Source of the DNA: Shigella phage ESh36
Sequence record: ON528746
Direction: 5' to 3' (one strand)
Length of the DNA stretch: 64,000 bases
The notes below the pieces were generated by a model. The model did not search any database, was not told the DNA's origin, and saw only the letters and a program-made list of their open reading frames with translations. Positions 9,871-19,816 of the stretch are shown in pieces (the first letter of the stretch is position 1; each line of letters begins with the position of its first letter). The position numbers and the translations under genes are program-made.

Positions 9871-9922
9871 CTATATCAGTAGTTGATATTGATATAGTAC
9901 CATAATCAACTACTGATGTATA
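9871..9922. repeat. inverted repeat (13-bp perfect arms, extended imperfect) in cef-motB intergenic
   Basis: atcagtagttgat ... atcaactactgat flanked by ctatat / atatag. Confidence 0.6.
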
Positions 9923-9947
9923 TAGTTTTATGAAAAAATTTTAAACT

Positions 9948-10436
9948 TTATGCATAGAGAGCTTTGCTGTAGTGTTTAATCCAACTTTCAGGAATGACTT
10001 TGTATGTTCCTAAAAATACCACGTTGTACAACTTAACGCCATCTTCTACCCACTGATCGGTAATGTATGCGCACATAGCACGAGTATAAACAGCCGCACC
10101 ATCATCTTTGATAAATTTAAATTCACAAGGAGCAATGAACTTAATAGCCTGACCGAGTTTCCACTTAAAGTCTACACCTACATGCGAAGTATCAATCGTT
10201 TCAATTCCTTTAGCAGGAACAGCTTTCAAAAACGCAGACTCAAGAAATTTCGCACGAACATAGCCAAACTGGGGTTTAGACTTTCCATCTTTAGGAATGA
10301 TACGCACTTTTACTTCAGAATCTTCATCTTTAACGCCGTGTTTAAGCTGAATGCTTACAATTTCGACCAATTTTCCTGCTGCTTTAGAACGGGATTTATC
10401 AGATACACGAGCAATTTCACCAATATTAATAATCAT
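9948..10436 (-). CDS. motB: MotB-like protein
   Basis: 162-aa ORF; size and position match T4 motB; preceded by early promoter. Confidence 0.6.
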   Translation of the reverse strand: MIINIGEIARVSDKSRSKAAGKLVEIVSIQLKHGVKDEDSEVKVRIIPKDGKSKPQFGYVRAKFLESAFLKAVPAKGIETIDTSHVGVDFKWKLGQAIKFIAPCEFKFIKDDGAAVYTRAMCAYITDQWVEDGVKLYNVVFLGTYKVIPESWIKHYSKALYA

Positions 10437-10480
10437 AGTTATCTCTCACTTGTTAAAAAGATTTTATACTCCACAGGACC

Positions 10481-10510
10481 ATTATACTCTGGTCCCAAGA
10501 GTTTGTAAAC
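10481..10510 (-). promoter_or_regulatory. T4-type early promoter
   Basis: GTTTAC, 18 bp, TATAAT on minus strand. Confidence 0.6.
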
Positions 10511-10512
10511 TA

Positions 10513-11052
10513 TTAATTCAAAATAGCTACCACTGCACTACGAGGTACTACACTAAAATCACCTGCATGAACAACGTTCAGAAGTTCAACACCATCTTCA
10601 ATCCACTGGTCTGTTACCCAACCACAGACCGAAATAAATGGGGTCTTGATAGCTACAGCACGAGTTAGAAGGTCAGTAGGATCGCATTCTTGGAAGAGGA
10701 TAAGCTCTGCTTCAAAGACTATAGTTTTAATTACTTCATCATTATCTAAGCGTTGTGCTCGAATCACATAAGCTTTATTCTTATCATGCCAATTACTTTT
10801 TGAAAAACTTTTAACCACAAACTCGCCTTCACCCAAAACACTGGTCAATGCTTTATAACCCAAACTTAGTTCAGTAGTTTTAATTTCAGTTTCAACCAGT
10901 TTGTAGGTTTTGCCGATTTCAATAGCGGTAGTCATAGTAGGTTCCTTAATTTCCAGTGGTTTAACAGGGCATACATAAGTGCTTACAACATCAAAATCAA
11001 TCAGTTTAGCTACCGGATTTGGTGTGTATTCAGGATTATAATTAAATTTCAT
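10513..11052 (-). CDS. hypothetical protein
   Basis: 179-aa ORF. Confidence 0.5.
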   Translation of the reverse strand: MKFNYNPEYTPNPVAKLIDFDVVSTYVCPVKPLEIKEPTMTTAIEIGKTYKLVETEIKTTELSLGYKALTSVLGEGEFVVKSFSKSNWHDKNKAYVIRAQRLDNDEVIKTIVFEAELILFQECDPTDLLTRAVAIKTPFISVCGWVTDQWIEDGVELLNVVHAGDFSVVPRSAVVAILN

Positions 11053-11054
11053 AA

Positions 11055-11555
11055 TTATCTCATTTCAATAAAATCTACGAGTTCAGCATGCGATTTGCGG
11101 AACATTACTTGGTGCCCGCCAATGATAACTTGGTCATTTGGCACTTCATATACAGCAAGATAAAATCCTTTAGAAGATAATTCTTCACGCTCTTCTCGTG
11201 TGAACCATCTCATCATATCATATTCACTAGCGAAAGCAAAATGATAAAGAGCTATAAACCATCCAGGAATATGATATTCTACTCCAACATAATCTTTCTT
11301 GAACTTAGTATTAATTACTATATTAGCGTTTTTAACTAATAGTTTATCTTCGTGTGGTAAAGGAATTCTTTTATTATCATCACTATGATGCATAAAATTA
11401 GGTCTACTATAACCTACACGTAATAGCCACTCTTCGCTCCATGAATCTATTATACTCCTGTATGGTGTTATTTGAACACAAAGATTTCGACGCATTGTTA
11501 TAGCATCTTCATAATCAAGAATGCTAAACGATGATTCAACACGATAAATTTTCAT
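11055..11555 (-). CDS. hypothetical protein
   Basis: Start at internal ATG 11555 (MKIYRVESS) with GAGGA and early promoter upstream. Confidence 0.5.
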   Translation of the reverse strand: MKIYRVESSFSILDYEDAITMRRNLCVQITPYRSIIDSWSEEWLLRVGYSRPNFMHHSDDNKRIPLPHEDKLLVKNANIVINTKFKKDYVGVEYHIPGWFIALYHFAFASEYDMMRWFTREEREELSSKGFYLAVYEVPNDQVIIGGHQVMFRKSHAELVDFIEMR

Positions 11556-11582
11556 TTTATTATCCTCAGTAGCTATGGTGTT

Positions 11583-11612
11583 ATAATACCACAACTAACC
11601 GAGGAAGTAAAC
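11583..11612 (-). promoter_or_regulatory. T4-type early promoter
   Basis: GTTTAC, 18 bp, TATTAT on minus strand. Confidence 0.55.
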
Positions 11613-11618
11613 AACTTT

Positions 11619-12302
11619 TTATCGTTTTGTTGGAAGAGATAGAGGATCGCACTCTTCCTCTGACGGAGCATCTTCAAGACCCATAGCATACCGCAAAGCA
11701 TACTTCATCATCAGGATGTCTTTCGCACAGTCATGAATAGAATCATGTGCAACGAATCCATCTAAAGTTCCCTTTGGAAGAGGACATGTAGTCATATCAC
11801 GAACAAGCAGAAGTGCTTCAATTCTGGTACGAATATCACGTTGATTCCAGAATTTACAAGGTTCTAACTTAAACGTATCAAGCTCATTCTCGGAAACGCC
11901 ATTAAGACGTTGAATATCGCGAATGAGATCAACTAAAATTGGAAAATCAAACGACATTCCACGGCACCAGCCTTGAGATTTCCAAGGATCGATGTTATGT
12001 GCATTGATGTAATCATTAAATTTTGCAATACCATCGATGGTGCTTACATCTTCATCTGATGGTGCAATATTTTTTCGAGCTTCTGGAGATTGGTTTTTCC
12101 ACCATTCGATAGTGCTTTTAGTAAAAAGACGATGTCCTTTTTGGCTTTTTAAATCAAACTTGATTTTAATGCCGCGTGAAACTAATTCATCAAACGTTTC
12201 AACTACTTCTGGATTAGGGTCAAAGGCAATAACAGCCAAATCAATAACAGCTGCCTTTTCACCGCTTCCCATTGTTTCAAAATCTATAATAAAATCAAAC
12301 AT
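11619..12302 (-). CDS. dexA: exonuclease A (DEDD family)
   Basis: 227-aa ORF, N-terminal DFETMG exonuclease motif; size matches T4 dexA. Confidence 0.8.
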   Translation of the reverse strand: MFDFIIDFETMGSGEKAAVIDLAVIAFDPNPEVVETFDELVSRGIKIKFDLKSQKGHRLFTKSTIEWWKNQSPEARKNIAPSDEDVSTIDGIAKFNDYINAHNIDPWKSQGWCRGMSFDFPILVDLIRDIQRLNGVSENELDTFKLEPCKFWNQRDIRTRIEALLLVRDMTTCPLPKGTLDGFVAHDSIHDCAKDILMMKYALRYAMGLEDAPSEEECDPLSLPTKR

Positions 12303-12577
12303 TAAATTTTCCTCGCTAAATCGCGAATTTGACCTACAGTATAATCTTGGATATAAACTTTATTAATAGGCTCATCAATAAATTTTGCCATAGATTCAAT
12401 ATCTTTTTGTATCTCTTCAAGACTGTATACTATCTTTAAAGCTTTTTCGCGAATAGTAACATTATCAGGTCCTGAATTTTCTTGGATGACAGCTTTAACA
12501 TTTGTCATAAGAGATTTAAACTGCTGCAAACTTAATTCAATCATTAATAACCGCCTTATAAAGATGGCTAATTTCAC
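12302..12577 (-). CDS. hypothetical small protein (paralog family member)
   Basis: 91-aa ORF; C-terminal pattern LEEIQKDI...YIQDYTVGQI shared with the next two ORFs. Confidence 0.5.
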   Translation of the reverse strand: MKLAIFIRRLLMIELSLQQFKSLMTNVKAVIQENSGPDNVTIREKALKIVYSLEEIQKDIESMAKFIDEPINKVYIQDYTVGQIRDLARKI

Positions 12578-12797
12578 CTAAAACATAATCACTGATTGTA
12601 ACAGTTTTCACTTCGCCGCAAAAGAATTCTAACGCAATCAAATCTCGTTCAATTTCTTCCAATTGAAGCATTAACTTGCCTGATTCAATTTTCACGTTTT
12701 TGCGATTTTTACTATAAGCTATTTCATAAATTTCGCTCACTTTATCTTGAAGCAGATAAAACTGGTCTTTAGTTATTTCCACGAATAGCTTCCTCAA
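12537..12797 (-). CDS. hypothetical small protein (paralog family member)
   Basis: 86-aa ORF; LEEIERDL...ISDYVLGEI motif. Confidence 0.5.
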   Translation of the reverse strand: MRKLFVEITKDQFYLLQDKVSEIYEIAYSKNRKNVKIESGKLMLQLEEIERDLIALEFFCGEVKTVTISDYVLGEISHLYKAVIND

Positions 12798-13029
12798 ATT
12801 TAATCAGCAGCTTACAGACACTTTCATCTAGCGTAATTACCGTGTCTGTATTACTGTGATATGATTGTTTTTCAATTCGTTTAATTGCTAGTATAGTATC
12901 ACTTATAAGATTAAGCTTATAAAGGAGCTCAGCTCCTGTTACCATAACACTGAGGTTATCTTGCTTATCAGTGTGCTTCTTTATACCATCTATTAGACGA
13001 TTTAAATATTTTGAATTGATGTTAATCAT
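12769..13029 (-). CDS. hypothetical small protein (paralog family member)
   Basis: 86-aa ORF, similar size and pattern. Confidence 0.45.
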   Translation of the reverse strand: MININSKYLNRLIDGIKKHTDKQDNLSVMVTGAELLYKLNLISDTILAIKRIEKQSYHSNTDTVITLDESVCKLLIKFEEAIRGNN

Positions 13030-13035
13030 ATATCC

Positions 13036-14355
13036 TCACACATAAAACACATCATAACGACCACGAGTGACACCAACATAAAGAAGCTGCTGAGCCAATT
13101 CAGCATCTGCATAATGAATACAAGGTGTGTAGATGAAAGCACGATCTACAGACATGCCCTGAGCTTTGTGGAATGTTGATGCAGGAAGTGCTTTCACTTT
13201 ACTAAACTGCGATTTAGCATCCCAAAAATCACTCCAAGGAGCTTTTCCACCTTTATTCCAATTTTTATACGTTTCTGCCGTTTTACCTAAAAATAAGTTA
13301 AACTTATACAGCTCTTCATCAGATGAAATTATTTTAATCTTTTCACGATAATATTCATCATCGCCGTAAGTTTCTACTGTTAAATCCCAATGACGAATTA
13401 GATATTCTCCAGAAACACCACGAGCTTTAACAAATGTTGATGTATACTCTGCTTCTATAATACGAACTAATTGTCCGTTATTAAAAATAATTTCTGACAC
13501 AGGCTTTCCATCAATTTTATATGTTTTAATTAATGGTTCCTGCATTACAATAATTTCACCAACGATAAAATCTTTATCAGTTTCAAAAATCTTTTTACGA
13601 ATAATGTTATTTAACTTGTCAACAGATTTATTCGTAAATGCCATTACGCGATTTTCAAACAAATCATCTAATGATTTTACGATTGAAAAATAATTTACCA
13701 TAAAATCGCGTAAAGCGGTATCACCAGTAAATCCACGTACTCCATGCCCGTCAACAACTTTATCATAAATCCACTTACCGTTGCGAACATCAGTAGCTAC
13801 ATCAATAATAGGAGCATTACTGCGTTTAACTTCAGTGAGTTCACACTGATAAAAATCTTTATGTGTAAAGAACGGACTGATATAAGCAGTGTTTTCTCCT
13901 GGGTCAACAGGTCTAATTTGCTTATTATCGCCTATTCCAATTATAGTACACCACGGCGGGATAGTTGAAAGCAGAATTTTAAATAGCTTTCTATCATACA
14001 TTGACACTTCGTCGCAGATTAATACTCTGCATTTAGCTAAATCCGGTACTTCTTTTTGTTCAAAAAGAACGTTTTCTTCATATGTTACCGGGTTAATTTT
14101 GAGAATACTGTGAATAGTACTCGCTTCTTTCCCTGACAGTTTAGAAAGAATCTTTTTAGCTGCATGAGTAGGAGCTGCTAAAATAATGCCAGTTTCGCCC
14201 GTAGATATTAAGGCTTCAATGATGAACTTAGTAAGAGTAGTCTTACCAGTACCAGCAGGTCCATTAATAGTTACATGATGTTTCTTTTCTTTAATAGCCC
14301 TCATAACGATGTTAAAGGCATTTTTCTGGCCTTCGGTCAAATCATCAAATGTCAT
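13036..14355 (-). CDS. dda: Dda DNA helicase (SF1)
   Basis: 439-aa ORF with Walker A GPAGTGKTT. Confidence 0.85.
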   Translation of the reverse strand: MTFDDLTEGQKNAFNIVMRAIKEKKHHVTINGPAGTGKTTLTKFIIEALISTGETGIILAAPTHAAKKILSKLSGKEASTIHSILKINPVTYEENVLFEQKEVPDLAKCRVLICDEVSMYDRKLFKILLSTIPPWCTIIGIGDNKQIRPVDPGENTAYISPFFTHKDFYQCELTEVKRSNAPIIDVATDVRNGKWIYDKVVDGHGVRGFTGDTALRDFMVNYFSIVKSLDDLFENRVMAFTNKSVDKLNNIIRKKIFETDKDFIVGEIIVMQEPLIKTYKIDGKPVSEIIFNNGQLVRIIEAEYTSTFVKARGVSGEYLIRHWDLTVETYGDDEYYREKIKIISSDEELYKFNLFLGKTAETYKNWNKGGKAPWSDFWDAKSQFSKVKALPASTFHKAQGMSVDRAFIYTPCIHYADAELAQQLLYVGVTRGRYDVFYV

Positions 14356-14663
14356 CGTAAATTCCCTGCAATTGGTATACTAACAATACGCCCAGTATCT
14401 AAAATTCGCCGATATAATCTTTGTGTGTCTACATCAGGCTTAACATGTTTAACTTCTATTTTATTAAACCAAAACTTGCGTGGAGTCTCAACTAATCTCG
14501 GAATTCCCATACCTAAAGCTAGTCGATACTGATCTTTAAGAGTGGTAAATACTTTATCAGCAATCTCCCTTTCAAAAAATACAGCAGGGCGGTGTTCATC
14601 AAGAGGAACAGGCACTGCAAATCCATCTTTGTCTCTATACACTATCGCATATACATAAAACAT
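14352..14663 (-). CDS. hypothetical protein (dda.1 position)
   Basis: 103-aa ORF overlapping dda start by 4 nt. Confidence 0.5.
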   Translation of the reverse strand: MFYVYAIVYRDKDGFAVPVPLDEHRPAVFFEREIADKVFTTLKDQYRLALGMGIPRLVETPRKFWFNKIEVKHVKPDVDTQRLYRRILDTGRIVSIPIAGNLR

Positions 14664-14664
14664 A

Positions 14665-15411
14665 TTATCCTCGGATAAGTTTAAAAATTGAACAATTTAG
14701 CGGGTATCCTCTTTTTAGTTTAAGTTTATCAATAAAAGACAAGTTTTGATACCGCTCTACACCTTGAATAATTTTATCACACATATCATATTGCATTTCT
14801 GCTTCTGACAACTTTTTCACAGTTTTCCAATCAGAGCCTTTAAGAAGAACGTTCAATTTAACAACTTCAGTGCCTTCTGCTATACGAGAACCATCAATAC
14901 GAGCTTTGAGTGCTACAATCGTTAGCTTAATGTCTGAGGTTTGTTTTGATTTAGAAAGCTGAGAAATGTGTTCAATTCGGTTTTCACGTTTTTTCTGTAT
15001 AGCTTTAATTTGATTATAAGTCTTTTTGATTTTAGCCCATTTCTTTTCATCTAAATTTAGTTTATGAACCTTTTTCGCAGATGAACGACCAATTCGCAAA
15101 GCAAATAAATCACGCTTTTCAATCAACTCTTCTAAAGTATAATCAGAACGAAATGTATTGTACTTTTTCTTTACTGCAATAACATTCCCTTTAATGTATC
15201 CAACGTTATTATCAAAACGTTCTAATGATAATTTCTCTCCTTCAATACGATTATCAAAAGGTTCTCCTGAGTAAGCGCAAACTTTCTGATCTAAAATGTT
15301 CTTAATGTAATTGAAGTCTAAGTTAAAATCTTTAGAACGTCTTTTAGCAGATGCCTGGGTATGCTCTAGACGACGTGTAATTTTACGAATTTGATTTTTA
15401 GACAGTTTCAT
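14665..15411 (-). CDS. srd: Srd-like protein
   Basis: 248-aa basic ORF between dda and modA; positional assignment. Confidence 0.5.
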   Translation of the reverse strand: MKLSKNQIRKITRRLEHTQASAKRRSKDFNLDFNYIKNILDQKVCAYSGEPFDNRIEGEKLSLERFDNNVGYIKGNVIAVKKKYNTFRSDYTLEELIEKRDLFALRIGRSSAKKVHKLNLDEKKWAKIKKTYNQIKAIQKKRENRIEHISQLSKSKQTSDIKLTIVALKARIDGSRIAEGTEVVKLNVLLKGSDWKTVKKLSEAEMQYDMCDKIIQGVERYQNLSFIDKLKLKRGYPLNCSIFKLIRG

Positions 15412-15441
15412 ATTTTTCTCACGGACGGGTTAACTACTTAT

Positions 15442-15471
15442 ACTATAACATTTTTACTTCAGCTTGTAAAC
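15442..15471 (-). promoter_or_regulatory. T4-type early promoter
   Basis: GTTTAC, 18 bp, TATAGT. Confidence 0.55.
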
Positions 15472-15527
15472 AACTTTATGAAAAATGCTTTAAAACTTTC
15501 ATGGTATAATGAATCTAAGTCCTTCCA

Positions 15528-16130
15528 TTATAGATTAAATCCTTCAAAATCAAGAGTATAGACAGTGTATGTTGAATACTTTTTATACTCATATCTATCC
15601 GCAATTCTAAATACACTTCCAGCCGGTATCATTACTTCTTGTTCATCTGAAACTAATTCCATATTACGATAGCGATGGCTATCTGGAAACTTAAAACTCG
15701 GACTATATTCTTTACAACGTAAAGCTTTTATAGCATACTCCTGGAAATTAAACACCATAGGAGCTTTGAATTCAAAAATAACTTGCGTGTTGTATTCTAA
15801 TCCAGAAGCAAAATGCAGAGCTATATTTTTATCATATGAAGCTGATACTACTTTATCAAATGTAATAATATCAATTCCTTGATTTAACACCTGCTTAGTC
15901 TCAACTGGAACACCTCTCCAAAGAGGTTTATCGTTTGGAACCAAACGAGATTTGATTATTTCATTTAACCAAGAATGATCGTCTGGCTTATTAGTAATAC
16001 AATGAATTAAAAGTTCAATTTCGGATAAATTAAATCCTTCAGAAAGTAATTCTTCACGAATAGAAGCACGCACCGATGCATCCATTGATTTGATTTTAAA
16101 ATCTTTTAATTGCATTGCTGAATATTTCAT
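15528..16130 (-). CDS. modA: ADP-ribosyltransferase ModA-like
   Basis: 200-aa ORF adjacent to a 207-aa paralog; sizes match T4 modA/modB. Confidence 0.65.
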   Translation of the reverse strand: MKYSAMQLKDFKIKSMDASVRASIREELLSEGFNLSEIELLIHCITNKPDDHSWLNEIIKSRLVPNDKPLWRGVPVETKQVLNQGIDIITFDKVVSASYDKNIALHFASGLEYNTQVIFEFKAPMVFNFQEYAIKALRCKEYSPSFKFPDSHRYRNMELVSDEQEVMIPAGSVFRIADRYEYKKYSTYTVYTLDFEGFNL

Positions 16131-16750
16131 TCAACTACCTCAATATCATACACTTTAAATGTTCCAAATGAATCGTGTAATTTTTCTTTTGAAATAGAAG
16201 TTATTTTATACTTTCCAATTGGAATCATCCATTCTTGTTCACGCACAATCATCATTAAGTTATCAGTACGTTCTGAATCTAATCCATCAGTATCTTCATA
16301 TGTATACTTAAACTCAGTATTAGGAGAAGAAAGTATAATATCACTGATATGGTCAGAATAATTAAAAGCTTTATCAGTTTTTAAGCGAAATATTATTTCA
16401 GTGGAATATTCAACATAAGAAAAACCACATGCTGTGTGCAAACTAGTAGTAAATGAATCTACTCTGTTCGTTGAAAACACTTCTCCAACTTGCAAATCTT
16501 TAATGAGTTCTTTTGTCGATTTTGATATACCACGATATAGCTGATAAGGCGATTTAGTTAAATGCTTTTTAATGATTTTATTCAACTGCCGATGAAGAGC
16601 TTCATTCTTTTTGGCTTCCATACATTGCCAAAGAACTGACTGTTCAAAGTCAGTAAATTTTTCACAGACCTTTTTATACATATCATATTGAAAATCGACA
16701 CTTTCAGCTTTTATAGATAACTGTTCAACATCTGCAAGATTAATAATCAT
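16127..16750 (-). CDS. modB: ADP-ribosyltransferase ModB-like
   Basis: 207-aa ORF preceded by early promoter. Confidence 0.65.
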   Translation of the reverse strand: MIINLADVEQLSIKAESVDFQYDMYKKVCEKFTDFEQSVLWQCMEAKKNEALHRQLNKIIKKHLTKSPYQLYRGISKSTKELIKDLQVGEVFSTNRVDSFTTSLHTACGFSYVEYSTEIIFRLKTDKAFNYSDHISDIILSSPNTEFKYTYEDTDGLDSERTDNLMMIVREQEWMIPIGKYKITSISKEKLHDSFGTFKVYDIEVVE

Positions 16751-16776
16751 GATAGCCTCCGTATACTTCAGAAGCT

Positions 16777-16806
16777 ATCATATCATTGTTAGGAAGGAAA
16801 GTAAAC
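16777..16806 (-). promoter_or_regulatory. T4-type early promoter
   Basis: GTTTAC, 18 bp, TATGAT. Confidence 0.5.
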
Positions 16807-16818
16807 AACTTTTTTGAA

Positions 16819-17001
16819 TTATTTTGCCCAGGGAGCCCAGGGCGGAGGGTCAAGATGGTATGAAGCTAGTTCTTCTAGAAGAGCATCTGGGGCTTCAATT
16901 CCATAATTCTGTAATACTATACGGTACTCTTTCTTATAATCACTAGAATCATTCTGGATATTCGTAGAATGATTATCTTCTAACATCTCAAATAAATCCA
17001 T
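16819..17001 (-). CDS. hypothetical protein
   Basis: 60-aa ORF. Confidence 0.4.
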   Translation of the reverse strand: MDLFEMLEDNHSTNIQNDSSDYKKEYRIVLQNYGIEAPDALLEELASYHLDPPPWAPWAK

Positions 17002-17009
17002 ATTAATTC

Positions 17010-17480
17010 CTAGCGATAAAAACCAAAATGACGATTAGCTTCAATAATCTTTCTTTCTTCTTCGGACATTCTCCAGCGTAGTCCAACATCAAAATGAGCC
17101 CAGACCATCTTAACAAATGCATTTATATCTTTAATATCTTCAATAATGAATGATTTACTTTTAGAAGGTTGACTCGCTAATTTAACTTTATCGTCTTCAA
17201 ACAGGTCAAAAAGACCATATTCATGGGCTCTTTTATAGCCTTTAATAGTTAAAGCTTCAGAAGAAGAAAAAGGTGAATCAGTATTCTGCAAAATATCTTC
17301 AGTATGCTTTATAATTAGAATAACATTTTCTGGATATTTTCTTTCTTTTATATCTTTAATTAAAATATCCGGATTTTCTGCTAAAGGAATAATTAATGAG
17401 CACTTTTTATCAAGTGCATTTACTGATTTACCTTCTTTAGACATAAATTCTATTGAATAATGTTTTGCTACTTCAATCAT
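17010..17480 (-). CDS. hypothetical protein
   Basis: 156-aa ORF. Confidence 0.5.
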   Translation of the reverse strand: MIEVAKHYSIEFMSKEGKSVNALDKKCSLIIPLAENPDILIKDIKERKYPENVILIIKHTEDILQNTDSPFSSSEALTIKGYKRAHEYGLFDLFEDDKVKLASQPSKSKSFIIEDIKDINAFVKMVWAHFDVGLRWRMSEEERKIIEANRHFGFYR

Positions 17481-17633
17481 GTGATTTCCTTTTGCCTACT
17501 AATGGGCCGTCAGGAATTTTGTTTTCCTGGATATATTTCTCATTTTCTTCCATCATTTTACTGCCAATTTTAAGAAGCAAATCCAGTGCTTCATTTGCTT
17601 TAGCCTTGGCCTCTTCTAGCGTCATATCTCTGT

Positions 17634-17837
17634 TCATGATTTATCCCCATAGATGTCTCTCATCAATTTAAGCGCTGAGCGTTCTAATTTCTTTTCTTTC
17701 TCAGCACTAATCATTGATTTCATCCATTCTTCCGATTCGTTCTGCATTTCTTTATTTGCTTGTTCAACCCAACCATCATCAATATACATTGAGTTTGGTC
17801 TATTGAACCATTCAAGAATCTTCTTGGGAGCTTTCAT
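17634..17837 (-). CDS. hypothetical protein
   Basis: 67-aa ORF. Confidence 0.4.
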   Translation of the reverse strand: MKAPKKILEWFNRPNSMYIDDGWVEQANKEMQNESEEWMKSMISAEKEKKLERSALKLMRDIYGDKS

Positions 17838-18309
17838 TTATTTTACCTAAAACAATAGTAGGAGCATCATCAAATTCATGAATTTTTAGCAAATTTGGAT
17901 GTAAACTATTCCATACAGAAGAAATAAAGTATGATAAAGCATCTTCGTCCACAATTATAAATTTATTTCCTTTATCTATTTTCCAACTATATACTGAATC
18001 GTACGAATAAAAAGATAAAGGTTCATCATTATATTTTTCTGTGTTAACATTAATGTATTCAGATTTAGTAAATGCTTCAATTGCTCTAAACGGAATATTT
18101 GGTACAGTTTCAATAATACCAATCTTTTTAAGTTTTATTTCAGCATCTTCTGGAACTGGCATTGAAACGAAATTTTCTACGAGATACATAGGGTTACAAT
18201 AACCCTTATCAATCACTACGGCTACAGTAATTGGAACATCTTTAGCAAACGACATGCTATTACTGCTAATATACATTTCAAATAAAATCGCTTCCATAAT
18301 TTTCCTCAA
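17812..18309 (-). CDS. hypothetical protein
   Basis: 165-aa ORF. Confidence 0.5.
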   Translation of the reverse strand: MRKIMEAILFEMYISSNSMSFAKDVPITVAVVIDKGYCNPMYLVENFVSMPVPEDAEIKLKKIGIIETVPNIPFRAIEAFTKSEYINVNTEKYNDEPLSFYSYDSVYSWKIDKGNKFIIVDEDALSYFISSVWNSLHPNLLKIHEFDDAPTIVLGKINESSQEDS

Positions 18310-18683
18310 TCACAAGATGTAGATGAACAACCAGAATCACAAGAACTTCCGCATGAATCACCTGCCCATACATGAACAGGAACATTAGTGTCATATGAAT
18401 CAGAACTAGACTGTGCATTAGATGATGTAGTAGGTGTTGACCAGCGCCAAGGATTTTTATAATATTCTTGGGCTTCTTCATAAGTCATAGTAACTGCTTC
18501 TACTGTTCCATCTCCCATATAAACATATTCAACTACAGTTAAAGGAAGGTAGTCATTTGAAATAGGAACTACACCTTCTCCGGGAGTTGTAGAGAAAAAA
18601 TCCGTAAAGAAACTTTTAAACCAATTAAAGATAAACATTACAAAAAGCCTCTTTGAAATTCGACTCTTTGAAATCCACCCCAA
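18306..18683 (-). CDS. hypothetical Cys-rich protein
   Basis: 125-aa ORF with C-terminal [15 protein letters not shown] cluster. Confidence 0.45.
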   Translation of the reverse strand: MGWISKSRISKRLFVMFIFNWFKSFFTDFFSTTPGEGVVPISNDYLPLTVVEYVYMGDGTVEAVTMTYEEAQEYYKNPWRWSTPTTSSNAQSSSDSYDTNVPVHVWAGDSCGSSCDSGCSSTSCD

Positions 18684-18850
18684 TCAGTGTATCGCATTTC
18701 AGCATTGAACTCGACTGAACCATCTGCATGCATCATGAATGAATGCGTGACGACATCACAATCCCAGCTTTTCATACCCCATTTATCAGAGATAGCTTTA
18801 TCAAGAACCTTCTGGAGGTCTTCATTTGGTTTAATCCAGCGATTTAACAT
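18638..18850 (-). CDS. hypothetical protein
   Basis: 70-aa ORF preceded by early promoter. Confidence 0.45.
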   Translation of the reverse strand: MLNRWIKPNEDLQKVLDKAISDKWGMKSWDCDVVTHSFMMHADGSVEFNAEMRYTDWGGFQRVEFQRGFL

Positions 18851-18876
18851 AGTGCTCTCCTCTATAAGATAATTTT

Positions 18877-18906
18877 ATTATACCACACTCATTTTGACAT
18901 GTAAAC
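18877..18906 (-). promoter_or_regulatory. T4-type early promoter
   Basis: GTTTAC, 18 bp, TATAAT. Confidence 0.6.
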
Positions 18907-18919
18907 CATAAAATGAAAA

Positions 18920-18941
18920 AAGGAATCCCGGAGGATTCCTT
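18920..18941 (-). terminator. hairpin terminator after soc
   Basis: mRNA AAGGAAUCC-UCCG-GGAUUCCUU followed by UUUUCAUUUU. Confidence 0.5.
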
Positions 18942-18947
18942 AAATTA

Positions 18948-19184
18948 TTAACCACCTATTTCTGTAGGGGTAAACATTGCAGCATTCTTAGTTTTCCAAT
19001 CAGCTGCATCAGAAACTACGGTAGAATATGCTGCCTTTTCAGAAGGAAAGATCTGATAATGAGAATCTGCGATACGATGCTCGTTAGAATAAATTTCAAA
19101 CGGAACAGAAACTTCCATACCTTTAACTTCTTTGCCTTCACCTGCTGGATGAGTAAAGGTCTTGATGTTAACGAAACCACCCAT
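18948..19184 (-). CDS. soc: small outer capsid protein Soc
   Basis: 78-aa ORF with YVNIKTF...HYQ.FPSEKAAYSTV pattern; diverged from recalled T4 Soc; late promoter upstream. Confidence 0.75.
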   Translation of the reverse strand: MGGFVNIKTFTHPAGEGKEVKGMEVSVPFEIYSNEHRIADSHYQIFPSEKAAYSTVVSDAADWKTKNAAMFTPTEIGG

Positions 19185-19215
19185 AATAAACTCCTTTATT
19201 GTTTAATTACAGGTG

Positions 19216-19223
19216 TATTTATA
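19216..19223 (-). promoter_or_regulatory. T4 late promoter TATAAATA
   Basis: Exact TATAAATA on minus strand about 30 nt upstream of soc ATG. Confidence 0.55.
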
Positions 19224-19226
19224 TCA

Positions 19227-19745
19227 TCAATAACCTCGGTCTTGACGAGCGAAGTTTTCAGCATTTTTCAGATAATAAAGTTTAAAGATTTCTTCAGCCG
19301 TAAGACCGAGACCTTGGAACATGTTCAGAACGAAATGAAGAATATCAATCATTTCGAATTTAATTTCCAACTGGTCTTGTGGAGATAAGTCAGTAATCAG
19401 AGTTTCACGACGTTCACCGTGTTGCGACTTCCAAGGCTTCCATACAGCAGATGCATCTTTTTCGCCATTGCTCATACCACCAAGAGAAGTCAGAAGTTCG
19501 CGGAATTCATCATCAATATAATCTTTCTGATTACGCAGCCAATCAACAACTTCACCTGCAGTAGCCAAATCATCAGGATGACGGTTATATTCAGGTTTAT
19601 CTTTAGCTAAACGAACCTGCAGAGATTTCTGCATATCAAGCATAACTTGCAACGGATCTTTTTCATCACCGAGAATATCCCAGTATTCATTTTGAGCTTT
19701 ATCAGCGCCTTCAATCAGTTGACTACATTCATTAAAGTAAGCCAT
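19227..19745 (-). CDS. 56: dCTPase/dUTPase (gp56)
   Basis: Start at internal ATG (MAYFNECSQ), about 172 aa; size and position match T4 gp56. Confidence 0.75.
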   Translation of the reverse strand: MAYFNECSQLIEGADKAQNEYWDILGDEKDPLQVMLDMQKSLQVRLAKDKPEYNRHPDDLATAGEVVDWLRNQKDYIDDEFRELLTSLGGMSNGEKDASAVWKPWKSQHGERRETLITDLSPQDQLEIKFEMIDILHFVLNMFQGLGLTAEEIFKLYYLKNAENFARQDRGY

Positions 19746-19779
19746 TATTTTTCCTTTCAATTCATGGGTTAGTAGATTA

Positions 19780-19803
19780 ATTATACAATAAATATATAAA
19801 GCA
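19780..19803 (-). promoter_or_regulatory. candidate MotA-type middle promoter for gene 56
   Basis: ATTGCTTTA box, 11 bp, TATAAT. Confidence 0.45.
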
Positions 19804-19816
19804 ATAAGGAGGACAT

